Shown here piece by piece: positions 1 to 13,949 of a DNA stretch of 64,000 nucleotides. Positions within the stretch are counted from its first letter, which is position 1. The number at the start of each line of letters is the position of its first letter. The stretch is from Lama guanicoe (Eukaryota), in NCBI GenBank assembly GCA_013239625.1, contig MU053810.1, forward strand, positions 3,628,071-3,692,070. The letters run 5' to 3'. The notes below the pieces were generated by a model, which was not told where the DNA came from, did no database searches, and was given only the letters and a program-made list of their open reading frames with translations. Position numbers and translations under genes: made by a program.

Positions 1-28
1 TATGTTTTCTTTAATTTCTTTCATCACT

Positions 29-781
29 TTTTTTTAACATTTTTTACTGATTTATAATCATTTTGTAATGTTGTGTCAAATTCCATTGTAGAGCACAATT
101 TTTCAGTTATACATGAACATGTATATATTCATTGTCACATTTTTTTCTCTGTGAGCTACCATAAAATCTTGTACATATTTCCCTGTGGTATACAGTATAA
201 TCTTGTTTATCTATTCTACAATTTTGAAATCCCAGTCTATCTCTTCCTACCCCTCGCCCCCTTGGCAACCACAAGTTTATATTCTATGCCTGTGAGTCTA
301 TTTCTGTTTTGTATTTATGCTTTGTTTGTTTGTTTTAGATTCCACATATGAGTGATCTCATATGGTATTTTTCTTTCTCTTTCTGGCTTACTTCACTTAG
401 AATGACATTCTCCAGGAGCATCCATGTTGCTGCAAATGGCATTATGTTGTCAGTTTTTATGGCTGAATAGTATTCCATTGTATAAATATACCACTTCTTC
501 TTTATCCAGTCATCTGTTGATGGACATTTAGGCTGTTTCCATGTCTTGGCTATTGTAAATAGTGCTGCTATGAACATCGGGGTGTAGGTGTCATCCTGAA
601 GTAGGGTTCCTTCTGGATATAAGCCCAGGAGTGGGATTCCTGGGTCATATGGTAAGTCTATTCCTAGTCTTTTGCAAAATCTCCATAGTGTTTTCCACAG
701 TGGCTGCACCAAACTGCATTCCCACCAGCAGTGGAGGAGGGTTCCCCTTTTCTCCACAGCCTCTCCAGCATTTGTCATTTG
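29..781 (-). mobile_element. Young 5'-truncated L1 (ORF2 C-terminus + 3'UTR + poly(A)), camelid-type, nested in an older L1
   Basis: ORF 335..790(-) encodes the L1 ORF2 C-terminus (HCWWEC, WKQPKCPS, WYIYTMEYYSAIK). T-tract at 28-36. TSD TTTCATCACT at 19-28 and 782-791. Confidence 0.93.
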
Positions 782-2170
782 TTTCATCACTCGTTTTTAG
801 TTTTCAGTATAGAGATCTTGCACTCCTTAGTTAAATTTATTCTAAGTATTTTGTTGTTTTTGATGATTTTGTAAATAAGATCAATTTGTTTACTTCTTTT
901 ACAGAAATTTTGTTCTTAGTATATAGAAATGCTATTGATTTTTGTATGTTAATTTTGTATCCTGCAACTCTTCTGAATTCATTGATTAGGTCTAACAGAT
1001 TTTTTGAGTCTTTAGAATTTTTTATACATAAAATTATGTCATATGCAAATAGAGACAATTTTACTTCTTCCTTTCCAATTCTGATAACTTTTAGTTCTTT
1101 TTCTTACCTATTTGTTCTAGCTAGGACCTCCATACTATGTTGAATAGGAGTGATGAGAGTGGGACCCCTTGCCTTGATCTTAGAGAAAAAGCTCTCAACT
1201 TTCCACCACTGAGTATGTTAGCTGTAGACTTGTCATAATTTGCTTTTAAAATGTTCTTTCTATGCCTAATTTGTTAAGAGATTTTATAATAAATGGATGT
1301 TGAATTTTGTTAAATGCTTTCTCTCTGTCTATTAAAATGATCATATGCTTCTTTCACTGATTCTATTAATGTGATATATTGTATTGATTGATTAGTGTAT
1401 GTTGTACCATCCTTGCATCCTAAGGGTAGATCTCACTTGATCATAGTAAGTGATCTTTTAAATATGCTGCTGAATCTGGTTTGCTAGAAATGGATTGAGA
1501 GTTTTTGCACCTGTACCCAGCAGGGATATCGGCCTGTAGTTTTCTTATCTAGTAATGTCCTTTTCTGGTTTTGGTATCAGAATAATTCTGGCCTTGTAAA
1601 ATAAGTTTGCAAGTGTTTCCTCCTCTTCTATTTTTGAAAGATTTTGATAAGGATTCAGGTTAATTTTCCAAAATGTTTGGTAAAATTGACTAATGAAGCC
1701 ATCTGGTTCTGAGCTTTTCTTTGAGAGATTTTTGGTTACTGATCAAATCCCCTTATTGCAATTGGTCTAGTCACATTTTCTTTTTCTTTCTGATAAGGTC
1801 TTGGTAAGTTGTATGTTTCTAAAAAAATTTCCATTTTTTCTAGATTGATAGTTTATTCACAGATAACTGTTCATAGTGGCTTATTATGATCCCTTGAATT
1901 TCTGTGTTATCAGTTGTAATGTATCCCTTTACATTTATAATTTTGTTGATTTGAGTCCCTTCTGTTTTTTCCTGGGTGAATCTAGCTAAGGGTTTATCAG
2001 TTTTGTTTAGCTTTTTAATGAATCACCTCTTATTTTAGTTAATCTTGTCTATTGTTTTTTCAGTTCTCTATTTTATTTATTTCTGTTCAAATTTTTATTA
2101 TTTCCTTTCTTCTGCTGACTTCGGGCTCAGTTTGTTCCCCTTTTTCTAGTTCCTTAAGATATAGAGTTAG
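782..2170 (-). mobile_element. Older L1 ORF2 fragment (RT region and upstream), decayed
   Basis: ORF 837..1058(-) SLFAYDIILCIKNSKDS...INEFRRVAGYKINIQKS resembles L1 RT (LFADDMI...GYKINIQKS). Many stops. End approximate. Confidence 0.88.
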
Positions 2171-5100
2171 TCTACCATTTTAGTTCTTGGATTCAAAGTT
2201 AATAGAAATCTAGTGCAAAATTATCCATAGCCTTCAGCAATCATCTGAAGAGTATTTGGCAAACTGAGGGAAATATTTTTTGTTCTGTGATTTCCACATA
2301 GTATCCCTGACAAAAAAATATAAGAGCAAACAATGTTTTCCTAAATTTTCTGCCTAATGTATTTTGATTAAACACTTTCTCATGCTTATTATAAACTATT
2401 CATGTGTGTCACAGAGAGACTTCTGTGAGTGACAGCTCTATGATTTATAATTAACACTTTATGAGAACAAAGTGGAAGGAATATATTCCTATGATTGCTT
2501 TACACTAGGCACATTGACAATAACTTAGTCTTGCTGAATGTTGATAACATTCTGCACAGCTATTATCAGATTTTGGCACAAAGATTCTCAGAGAGCCTTG
2601 TTAAAACTTATTATCATTTATATCAAAGATACTGGCTTTAGTATTTCAATATTTAATATTCTCCCAATCACAAATTTATTCCAAGCTCCACTCCAGTGAT
2701 CTAACTCCATTTCTACTGGCCTGGAACCCTTCTAAGCTCCATGCTTACCAGTAAAAGAGCTTGTCTGGAAGGTGAATTTATAGAAAGCAAACTTTAAAAA
2801 AATCTAGCTTAATTATTCATTCATTTGTAGTGACTTTGTAGTTTGACAAGGTCATGGTGGTAATTATATACAGGTGCAATTAAATTCTTGCAAAGCACAA
2901 CTAGGATTATTATTGTCCAAGTCCTGTCTTCCATGTTCTCACATACCATGTACTGAAAAAATCTCAGAGACTCAACTCTTCATTTTCCAAAGATTCCTCT
3001 GAATTCCACTCTTCTTAGTGAATTAACTATATTAATGTAAACCAAGAGCATCTATTTAATCTGTTTTTTAAATCACATAGCCAGTATGAAAACTTAAACA
3101 CTGAAGTAACTTTAGGAACTGACTTCATTCCCTTGACTTTACAGATGGCAAAACTGAGAACTTCTTCAAGTTGTTAATTCATAACAGTCATGCATTTGGA
3201 ATCTGATGCCAATTTTTTCTCCATCTCATCGCAGAAATTTAAGCACTTGTACAAAGCTAGGCTAAGCCAGTTTCAGACATTGTCATAAAAAAATACAGTT
3301 TAAAAGAGAGTACCTTCTTGTGCTGCATGCTAGATCATATCCTTTACAAGTATTGAATTTTGGTTAGAATCATATGAAAGACAACATAAACTGTGTAGAA
3401 AAATATTTATTAGCTTTTAATGTGTATCATCTGATTCCCCAGGTCTATCATGTATGCATATAGAAGAGATAATACCACTTAAACAACAAGCTTAGGAGTC
3501 CCAGGTGCAGGTGTCAAGTAGTAACTTTCCATCAGCTAAGTGTTTTTCTGTCAGATTGCATGTCCAAATTTTTACTATCAAGTCTTCCAGATACCTACAA
3601 GGAAGCCTCATGTCTGAGAGTCACAGAATAGATTTCTGCTTCCTCCCTAGAAGGAATGTTTCAATTGTCAGAATGTTAATACCAAACAGCCTGATTTTGC
3701 TCTTGGATCTGAACACGTTTAGGAAAAGCTGGCACCTGGGATGCTTCATCTCACAGAAAAGAAATGAACAAATTAGTCAACTTTTCCTTGCTGTAACAAT
3801 TTGATCACAAGGAAGTAACTTTTAGAATGTTGTTAAAAGTTGCAGACAGCTTTTTGTTTGTTTTACTCAACGAAAGGAAGTTTGGTTCACCAATAACATG
3901 CAGAACATTTTTCAGCCTACTTAAAGTTATTCCATGAATATAATACTAGTGTATGATATTTAAGGTACACTCAATAATAGTTATTTATTCACTTAGTTTT
4001 ACTAATTAATATACTTCAGTCTAGAGACCAGACTGATTAATAGGCAGATGTCTACACATGTAGAGAGAGTGCCCATAAAAATGCAAATTTAACTTTGTCA
4101 TCTTTAAATACAAAAATACTACCAGAAGAACAGACCTAAAATTTCTTCTACATACCTCTCCACCATTATATAAATAGAAATTGCAATATTTTAAGAGGAA
4201 ACAACAGGTGCTTAAAGTTCCATTTGATTAGAGAAGTAGTAAGTAGTTCTGGGAACTAAAATTCTGTACTTAACAGTGATTTGCTGAGGGGAACAAAAGT
4301 TTGATAGCATTTCTTGATGACACAATGAAGACATTAGTGCTAAAAGGTACACTTATAATTTTATCTGTTTTTCAGCCAACAGGAGGAACAAAAGCAGACT
4401 TCCAGGAAGTATGTCATATAATCAAGGAAAGAAAAGCACGTGTGTACCAGGTGATAATTTGGATATCCGTGTTACTATACGTTTTAACTTGGCTTTAGGA
4501 AAATCATGTCATTTTCATGTTGTAATAGCTGCTGTATTTTAATTGGACACATAAATATAAAAAGAGTCTTATAGCATCTTCTCAAGCATTAATAAAAGAT
4601 ACATTTAAAAAAGAAAAAAGTCTTACTGTAATTTTAGATTAAATATCTCATATACACATATAGCTAGAGAGTAGGCAAACATATTACACAGTATTAACTC
4701 ACATTATTTTCAGAAGATGGGTTCTGATTTCCATTAACCTTGAATATCTTTACTTGTCAAGCAATTAATATGACAGACAAAATAACAGATGTACTTTTCC
4801 CATTAACCTTCAGAAAGGAGTGCCCCTTTTCCAGTATTCATAACTATTTGACACAATCTATTAAAGCAATGGAAACATTCCCCCACTCAGAGACTTCCAG
4901 TTTGCTCATTGTGGATAAAATAAATATGTAACCCAAATTTAACTTCCCTTTCAAAGGCATATGAAACAGTCTCCTAACGTGTCTTGCCAATTTTTAAAAT
5001 TTTTATGATGGTAAATAAACCCTGGAAAATTCCTTCTTCGATTTTACCACCTGAAACTGCCGCTGTTGGCTGCCGCTATCAAAGCCACCCAACTCCACAC

Positions 5101-6519
5101 TCACGTGCAAACCTCATCAAGGGCAGACATTTCTAATTGATTCCAGAAGTATTTCTTTTGCTGAGATCAGGGGGCAAAGGAAGAATAATGAGCAGCTTTT
5201 TAGAGGGAACTAGGGGGTTAGGGTGTTGAGGAGGGGGGCTTTTAAAATCTCGGGCTGGGCCAGAAATGCATAGCAACTTTATGGTCAATTGGCGAAGAGT
5301 GTCTGGAACCAAGCATCCTGGCCTCGTAGTTGATGGTAGTGAAACCAGCTTACAGGCAACAGCAAGTCCATAATGAGTCCCTGTCATGTACTAGTGGAAC
5401 CCACGTTGATGTTCTGTCAAATATCCCTGCACCTTTTTCTCAGGGTCAGGCTTCCCCTTAGAGCCCTCATCTAGTATATGAAATCCTGCCTACCCATGGA
5501 TCTTAAGTTATTTCAGCCATTATCAAAGGCAACACAAAAAGAAAGTCTAAAAATTAGAACTTGTCTGTGTTTAATTCCTTGCATGCTGACAAGGCTTTAT
5601 ATCACAAGGCTGTGTTTGCTTTCATTCGGGGGATATATTTCAAACGCAGTGGGCCATCTTGTTAGTGCATGGAGAGTGTCGGATGCTCAGGTCATAAATC
5701 ACAGCACAGCACGTGGCACACTCTGACTAGAGAAGACAGAATTCGAGGCTCTTTGTTATTTCAAATGTAGGACAGGTGATTATAAAAAGGGGCAGGATTT
5801 TTTTTAATGCCAAGCAGAAAACCAAGGTGATGTGGAAATCATTTCTTACGAGTAAATGATGTTTACCCTAAGCTGCTGCTTGTAATTCACTCTGCTGACA
5901 TCGGTAGATTACCCCCATGAAAGGACAGCCATGAAAAACGTAGAGTGACGTAAATCAACAGGATGGACACTGGTTCAGTGGTCAGGAAGGGGAGATGCAG
6001 AAATCTAGACTCCTAACATTCCCAAATTTCTGTTTTAATCTAAGCAATAAAATTAATAGAGATAGTATCCATTTGAGAACTCACTCAAAATTCCAAAATT
6101 TGTGATAGTGGAATAAATTCAAGATGTTTCTTCATCCAGTTAATTTACTCTTGGCAAGTAAGCACTTCTTGTTTTCAAACAAGAAAAGTAAAACAAGTGA
6201 AAAAGCAAGACCAAACTAAAGGAAACAAACAAAAACTAAGCAAAAAGACATGCATTTAAAATGTTTTTATAAAAAACACTCAGAAAACTCAATATATATT
6301 TTGATGTACAAGTCTCCTTAAAACATCTTCGCTTTGATGATTTCAGCATAAGTTAACAGAAATATGTAAAGTCAGTGCTCCTCATAATACATGTAGTATT
6401 AAAATGTGGGGGAAAAGTGCTTGATAGTGAAGATTTCCTTGAAGCTAGTGTTTGCAAAAGCATCTGTACTTGGTAGTTGCCCACACTGGTACTTTTCAAA
6501 TAAGAGCCTAAATTAGAAG

Positions 6520-6880
6520 GGATGGCATGATACTATATACACAGAAACTACCAAAGACACTACCAGAAAACTACTAGAACTCGTCAATGAATTCGGTAAA
6601 GTTGTAGGATACAATATTAACGTACAGAAATCTGTTGTATTTCTAAATAATAACAATGAAATATCAGAAAAAGAAATTAAAGAAACAATCCCATTTACCA
6701 TTGCATCACAGCGAATAAAATACCTAGGAATAAACCTACTCAAGGAGGCAAAAGGAACTATGTTCTGAAAACTAAAAGATGCTGATTAAAAGAAACTGAG
6801 GACAACACAGACAGGTGGAAAGATGCACCGTGTTCTTGGATTGTTAGACTCACTATTGTTCAAATGGCCATACTACTACG
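6520..6880 (+). mobile_element. L1 ORF2 RT fragment
   Basis: Contains AAACTACTAGAACTCGTCAATGAATTCGGTAAAGTTGTAGGATAC...AAATACCTAGGAATAAACCT (KLLELVNEFGKVVGY...KYLGINL). Confidence 0.85.
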
Positions 6881-7689
6881 AATTTTTTGACAGTTACTTA
6901 AAATTTTTATACTTTTGAATATACATTGCTTCCTATGAAGCAGTCTTTTAAGTCCTTTCTACAAAGCCACTCTCTGTTGTGTGTTTTAACCCATCTGCAT
7001 TTAATATTTATGAAATTTTAAATACATTTTGTAAAATTAAAAAGAAAATAAAGTAGAAGGGGTGGGTGGGTAAGAATATGTGATATATTTGTATCTTAAT
7101 TTTTAACCATCTTAATAGGAAATCATAATACTTAGAAAATTATTATGAGTTAACATTTTCTCATATGTAGATTCAAAATTTATTTAAAAATCTCATACAA
7201 GGGCCAATACAATTCAGGAATTTTAATGTGATCATCTACAATCTACTGTGTCAGATGTAGCCTTTCTCTCCTATCATGAAACAGAAAAGCATATATTCTA
7301 ACATTGTTTTATTTTGTTTACCAGGTGTTTTGTTGCTCATAGAAAGAAAAAGTAATTCTTTCTAGAAAAATAGAAGAAGTGGAGAGGATTTTTAGAAAAA
7401 TAGGCCTCATATAAATCACTCCAATTAGTTTATTTTCACCTGCTATTTAGCCTGCTCCACATTCATACATTAGTTACTTTCTATCCACGCTTATAGAACA
7501 GTACATGAATGGACATGAGACATAAATGTGCGTTATGAGTGAGTTTACACATAAAGCTTTCTGCACACGACCTAGAGCAGAATAAATGTATTTGTACTTC
7601 TGTTATTTGTATGTGATAATAAACCTTGAAAAATGTATATCTTTAGATTCTAAAAATGCAAGAATTATAAAGGACTGTGAAAGAGTAAA

Positions 7690-7875
7690 ATATTTTATTT
7701 TATTTTATTTTTTATTGTAGTATAGTCAGCTTACAATGTTGTGTCAGTTTCTGGTGTACAGCATCATGTCTCAGTCATATATATGCATACATATGTTTGT
7801 TTTCCTATTCTTTTTCATTGTAGGTTACTGCAAGATATTGAATATAATTCCCTGTGCTACATGAACAATAAAAAT
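7690..7875 (-). mobile_element. L1 3'UTR tail fragment
   Basis: (TTTTA)n tail followed by TTGTAGTATAGTCAGCTTACAATGTTGTGTCAGTTTCTGGTGTACAGCA, a typical L1 3' end in reverse. Confidence 0.75.
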
Positions 7876-9791
7876 ATTTTAAAAGAAAGTGCCAGTGATA
7901 CACTGAATTAGAGGTAAAGACAGAAGAATGAAAAACTTTATGGTATGAATATGCAAAAAAATCTAAAGGGAATTTTCTAATAACCTCAATGGTTGTGTAT
8001 TTTATGCCATTCCACGAATGCTGCATATGAGGCTAAAAATAAAAATCTCCTACATCCTATAAAATATATTCTCTTATGTGTCACCTGCAAGTTATTTTCA
8101 AATTTCTTAATTAATAGAGTAAGAAGGGATTACGTTCTGGGATGTGATCTGCCTGGTGAAGTGGCTTATATTCATGAATCTATTGGTAAATAGCTCATTA
8201 ACAGAAAGAAATAGCTAATATTTGGTGTATTTAATAGAAGCCTCATATATGCTCTGCACATAAGAGAATTCCAATACATTTTAATACTTTTGATATTATG
8301 TAAAGATTTTGGATTAATTTTGTTTGAATACTCTTCCCTGCAAAAGGAGAGGGGAAATTCTGATCTGCGCATTTAAAATTCAAATAATTAATAAACTTTG
8401 CTAAAGAAGTCATGTTTGTGGAATTAATCTTCGTATGTTAGCTTTATATTTTTACATAATTATAGACTAGATTCATAACACTGTCTAAGATTCATATAGA
8501 TGTATTGGTGGTTACAGGAAGAACCGTAACTGGACACACCTAGCAGTACATATATAGGAAAAGTATATGTTTTTCTGAATTAGTAATGATGGATGGTTTA
8601 GTAGTACCATCTTCATGTACAGAAATAGAATACTATTTATATGGCGTTGCTTTATGGAAATAAAATGCATTTGAGTTCAATCAAGGGGCAATGAGATAAG
8701 CTACAACTTGAGGAAAGATATTTTTGACAAATATAACTGACAAAGGACTGTTATCATACATAGAATTTCTAAAAAGCAGAACTAAATAACAACCAAATAG
8801 AAAAAAATGCCTAAGTGACACGCAAAAGCGTATTGCTAGAAAAGAAACATCAATGGCCAATTAAGATGAAAAAGTGATCTGCTTCACTCATAAACAAGAA
8901 AATGGTAATTAGGAATACAATGAGATATCATTTAGACCCCCAGATGAGCAAAAGTTAAGAAATCTGACAATTCTGACTTTGGGGAGGAAATTTATACTCT
9001 TACAGTGATAAATTTTACAACTCCTTTGGAAAACAAATTAGCATTCTCTTAAGAATGTAATCAGGCCACATTTCCTACAACCCAGCAATTCCACATCTAG
9101 CTGTATGATCCCACAGAAATTACATATATGCCATGCACACTAGAAGATATATGCATGAATTCTCATGGCAGCATTGTAAAGTCAAAGCTAGAAACACACA
9201 CTAGAGAATAGATAGTGGACATGGTCATACAAGGAACATAAACAACAACTACATGTAAGAAAAAGGATACACTTTAGAAACAAAACAGTAAATTAAAGGA
9301 AATTGTAGGAAACTATATACATGTAGTATGATACCATTTTATTATACTGAAGATTTTTTTGATAAATCAAATATTGCTTAATGATAAACTTAAGAATATA
9401 TGAAAAAATAGAATGTGTTCAGAAAAAGCATGGCTATGATAAGCACAAATTACAATTTCATGGTAGTATCTGTCAGAGTATGAAGTAGAGGAGGGTCACA
9501 TGGACAGCAGATCATAGTGTTAATAATACTTCACTGGTATTGTAATATTTAGTCTTAAGGTGGGCGGCTTTCATTTTATTATCTTTTAAAAACCATTTTA
9601 TATAATTTAATAGATAATAAATATTATATAATGGAAAATTGTAAGTTGATATGAAGAAAGTATTGTTTAAAACATACATAGCTATTACTCACAAATGTAA
9701 ACTTTGTACAGTTGATAGTAATATTTGAGACTTGAAAAATATTGAAATAGGTTAGTTAAAATTGCTGGATATTATGAATATTCACAAGTCA

Positions 9792-9800
<9 letters not shown>

Positions 9801-9822
<22 letters not shown>

Positions 9823-9831
9823 CGCGCGCGC
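9801..9831. repeat. (TG)11(CG)4 alternating purine-pyrimidine microsatellite; copy at 11958-11988
   Basis: Read directly from the sequence. Confidence 0.95.
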
Positions 9832-10043
9832 TATTTTCCCCCTTAAATCCATAATTATATTTGTGGCAGATAAACATATATTTCATAAAAAAAAACTTGG
9901 GTGCAATTTAGTCTTCACATTCATAACATGGCCAGGTGTACAGCTGAAATGAACCGTCTAAGATGGCTTTAGACAACTATGTCTACATTTTGTGATTTGC
10001 TGGTTATCACTGTGAGATAAACCTAAGTGATATAAAACCCAAG

Positions 10044-10573
10044 TGTGGTGGCTTGGATAATGGCCGTAAATTTGGGTATATCCTGTTTTAATTAACTGCT
10101 CTTCTAATCAAGAGATGGAGTCCATTTTTCCACTCCCTGAACAGTGGCTGGCCTAGTGATGTTCTTGGAATGTGTATTAATTATGATGGAATGTGACAAA
10201 TGGAATGTGACAAAACGCATTCCAATGGAATGTGACAAAAATGATGCTTTTTGAGTTCCAGAGCATAAGCTTCAAGAAACGTGGCAGATTCAATTGTCAT
10301 GATCCTGAAATTGCCAGATAAAGACCAAGTCTGCTCCACTGGCACTTGAGAGGTCACGTGGAGAGAAAAAAAGGGTATTCCTGCCAACAGCCCTCAAGTG
10401 ACCCTCGTGCACATTCAAGCCCAGCTGATCCCCACACTTAAAATAGCCTGATGAGTGAGGCCAGGTGAGACCAATAGTGGAGGGAACACAGAATAGTGAG
10501 AAATAAAATTTCATTGTTTTAAGCCATTAAGTTTTGGGTTGATTTGTTGTGTAGAGATAGAGAACTTAAACAC
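10044..10573 (+). mobile_element. ERVL-MaLR (MLT1-type) solo LTR; truncated copy at 12201-12660
   Basis: Starts TGTGGTGG and ends AATAAAATTTCATTGTTTTAAGCCATTAAGTTTTGGG...TTTGTT...AACA, the MLT1 3' signature. Confidence 0.8.
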
Positions 10574-11948
10574 CAAAAAAAAAAAAAAAAAAAAAAAACT
10601 TTATATTTTTACATAATTATAGACTAGATTCATAACACTGTCTAAGATTCATATAGATGTATTGGTGGTTACAGGAAGAACCGTAACTGGACACACCTAG
10701 CAGTACATATATAGGAAAAGTATATGTTTTTCTGAATTAGTAATGATGGATGGTTTAGTAGTACCATCTTCATGTACAGAAATAGAATACTATTTATATG
10801 GCGTTGCTTTATGGAAATAAAATGCATTTGAGTTCAATCAAGGGGCAATGAGATAAGCTACAACTTGAGGAAAGATATTTTTGACAAATATAACTGACAA
10901 AGGACTGTTATCATACATAGAATTTCTAAAAAGCAGAACTAAATAACAACCAAATAGAAAAAAATGCCTAAGTGACACGCAAAAGCGTATTGCTAGAAAA
11001 GAAACATCAATGGCCAATTAAGATGAAAAAGTGATCTGCTTCACTCATAAACAAGAAAATGGTAATTAGGAATACAATGAGATATCATTTAGACCCCCAG
11101 ATGAGCAAAAGTTAAGAAATCTGACAATTCTGACTTTGGGGAGGAAATTTATACTCTTACAGCGATAAATTTTACAACTCCTTTGGAAAACAAATTAGCA
11201 TTCTCTTAAGAATGTAATCAGGCCACATTTCCTACAACCCAGCAATTCCACATCTAGCTGTATGATCCCACAGAAATTACATATATGCCATGCACACTAG
11301 AAGATATATGCATGAATTCTCATGGCAGCATTGTAAAGTCAAAGCTAGAAACACACACTAGAGAATAGATAGTGGACATGGTCATACAAGGAACATAAAC
11401 AACAACTACATGTAAGAAAAAGGATACACTTTAGAAACAAAACAGTAAATTAAAGGAAATTGTAGGAAACTATATACATGTAGTATGATACCATTTTATT
11501 ATACTGAAGTTTTTTTTGATAAATCAAATATTGCTTAATGATAAACTTAAGAATATATGAAAAAATAGAATGTGTTCAGAAAAAGCATGGCTATGATAAG
11601 CACAAATTACAATTTCATGGTAGTATCTGTCAGAGTATGAAGTAGAGGAGGGTCACATGGACAGCAGATCATAGTGTTAATAATACTTCACTGGTATTGT
11701 AATATTTAGTCTTAAGGTGGGCGGCTTTCATTTTATTATCTTTTAAAAACCATTTTATATAATTTAATAGATAATAAATATTATATAATGGAAAATTGTA
11801 AGTTGATATGAAGAAAGTATTGTTTAAAACATACATAGCTATTACTCACAAATGTAAACTTTGTACAGTTGATAGTAATATTTGAGACTTGAAAAATATT
11901 GAAATAGGTTAGTTAAAATTGCTGGATATTATGAATATTCACAAGTCA

Positions 11949-11979
<31 letters not shown>

Positions 11980-12679
11980 CGCGCGCGCTATTTTCCCCCT
12001 TAAATCCATAATTATATTTGTGGCAGATAAACATATATTTCATAAAAAAAAACTTGGGTGCAATTTAGTCTTCACATTCATAACATGGCCAGGTGTACAG
12101 CTGAAATGAACCGTCTAAGATGGCTTTAGACAACTATGTCTACATTTTGTGATTTGCTGGTTATCACTGTGAGATAAACCTAAGTGATATAAAACCCAAG
12201 TGTGGTGGCTTGGATAATGGCCGTAAATTTGGGTATATCCTGTTTTAATTAACTGCTCTTCTAATCAAGAGATGGAGTCCATTTTTCCACTCCCTGAACA
12301 GTGGCTGGCCTAGTGATGTTCTTGGAATGTGTATTAATTATGATGGAATGTGACAAATGGAATGTGACAAAACACATTCCAATGGAATGTGACAAAAATG
12401 ATGCTTTGTGAGTTCCAGAGCATAAGCTTCAAGAAATGTGGCAGATTCAATTGTCATGATCCTGAAATTGCCAGATAAAGACCAAGTCTGCTCCACTGGC
12501 ACTTGAGAGGTCACGTGGAGAGAAAAAAAGGGTATTCCTGCCAACAGCCCTCAAGTGACCCTCGTGCACATTCAAGCCCAGCTGATCCCCACACTTAAAA
12601 TAGCCTGATGAGTGAGGCCAGGTGAGACCAATAGTGGAGGGAACACAGAATAGTGAGAAAATTAAAAACAAAAAAAAAA

Positions 12680-13129
12680 GTAAAATGATTATAAATCAAT
12701 AAAAAATGTTAAAAAAATTTTAAAAAGGCTGAATTTTACTTGAAAAAAAGAAAGAACAAAGGAAGAATCCATGAAAACAAAACAAAAAAAAAGTAAAATG
12801 ATTACAAATCAATAAAAAATGTTAAAAAAAATTTTAAAAAGGCTGAATTTTACTTGAAAAAAAGAAAGAACAAAGGAAGAATCCATGAAAACATGAAATG
12901 AANNNNNNNNNNNNNNNNNNNNNNNNNNNNNNNNNNNNNNNNNNNNNNNNNNNNNNNNNNNNNNNNNNNNNNNNNNNNNNNNNNNNNNNNNNNNNNNNNN
13001 NNNNNNNNNNNNCAAAAAAAAAAAAAAAAGTAAAATGATTATAAATCAATAAAAAATGTTAAAAAAATTTTAAAAAGGCTGAATTTTACTTGAAAAAAAG
13101 AAAGAACAAAGGAAGAATCCATGAAAACA
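12680..13129. repeat. ~100-bp unit repeated three times around the gap (12680-12779, 12793-12893, 13030-13129)
   Basis: GTAAAATGATTATAAATCAATAAAAAATGTT...GGAAGAATCCATGAAAACA occurs three times, each preceded by poly(A). Confidence 0.93.
12903..13012. other. Assembly gap (110 N)
   Basis: Run of N. Confidence 1.
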
Positions 13130-13656
13130 TGAAGCTGGTAAGAACTTTACTTTCTGAGACAAGCACTTTTACCAATTATTTAGATAACAAAGGACATCTG
13201 AATATGCAGGTTATTAGAAGTCAATATTTAATTCAGCAGTCTATGTAAGTTTAAATTCCAGCAACTTGCTCTCCTCCATGTTGGTGAGGAACAATTACAG
13301 AGTAGGTGATGCCAGTGCATATTCAAAATTTACTGGATAAATAAATAAATGTTGAAGCATCTTTACCATATTCTGCTGGCTAGAAGCAAGTCACAGGTCT
13401 CGCCCACACTCTAGGGAAGGGGATTCTGTGGACTGACAGGTCATAAACAGCAGGGACAATGATCACTGGGCCACTCTGGTTTCTATCTGCCACAGCTGGA
13501 GAGGGTACAGACAATAACTCAGACAAATCTTTATACACATATATATTTATATTCATATGTGTTCATTAGCTACTGGGATGTACTAAGGTGAAGAATAAAT
13601 CAGGGGTGGAGAAGGCAAAATTAGAAAACAACAACAATAAAAATGGTACCCAGGGA

Positions 13657-13712
13657 TGCTGTACATCAGAAATTGAGACAACATTGTAAACCGAGTATAT
13701 TTCAATTAAAAA
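13657..13712 (+). mobile_element. Very short L1 3' tail insertion with TSD
   Basis: TGCTGTACATCAGAAATTGAGACAACATTGTAAAC...TTCAATT + poly(A). TSD AAAAATGG(T/G)ACCCAGGGA at 13639-13656 and 13713-13730. Confidence 0.85.
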
Positions 13713-13949
13713 AAAAATGGGACCCAGGGAAGGTTGGCGGCATATTAGTTAAGACCTGATGTGAGGGCAAAATTCAGGTGGATTAATGGGAAAGAACAGG
13801 CAAAGGGAAAAATCAAGAACAAAGCTCCTGAGGCAGGGTACACTGAACATGCTCCTAGAACACTGCACATGCCCAGAACTGAGCAAGAAAGAAGGAAAGT
13901 AATAGAAACATGGTCAGAGTGCTAAGGCAGGGGCAGCTGATTTTCACTC

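Larger units (their letters stand above)
8442..12660. repeat. Near-identical direct duplication, 2062 bp x2 (8442-10503 and 10599-12660)
   Basis: Constant offset of 2157 bp, also seen in the ORF track (10181 vs 12338). Only five differences found. Copies separated by an LTR end and A24. Confidence 0.97.

Noticed and set aside
335..790. 151-aa ORF as a host gene
   Set aside because: L1 ORF2 C-terminus in a truncated element. The same applies to the ORFs at 29896 and 50172, while those at 6513, 15915 and 17377 are antisense to L1.
12669..13133. CRISPR-like or satellite array
   Set aside because: Eukaryotic DNA, no unique spacers, and the units flank an assembly gap.
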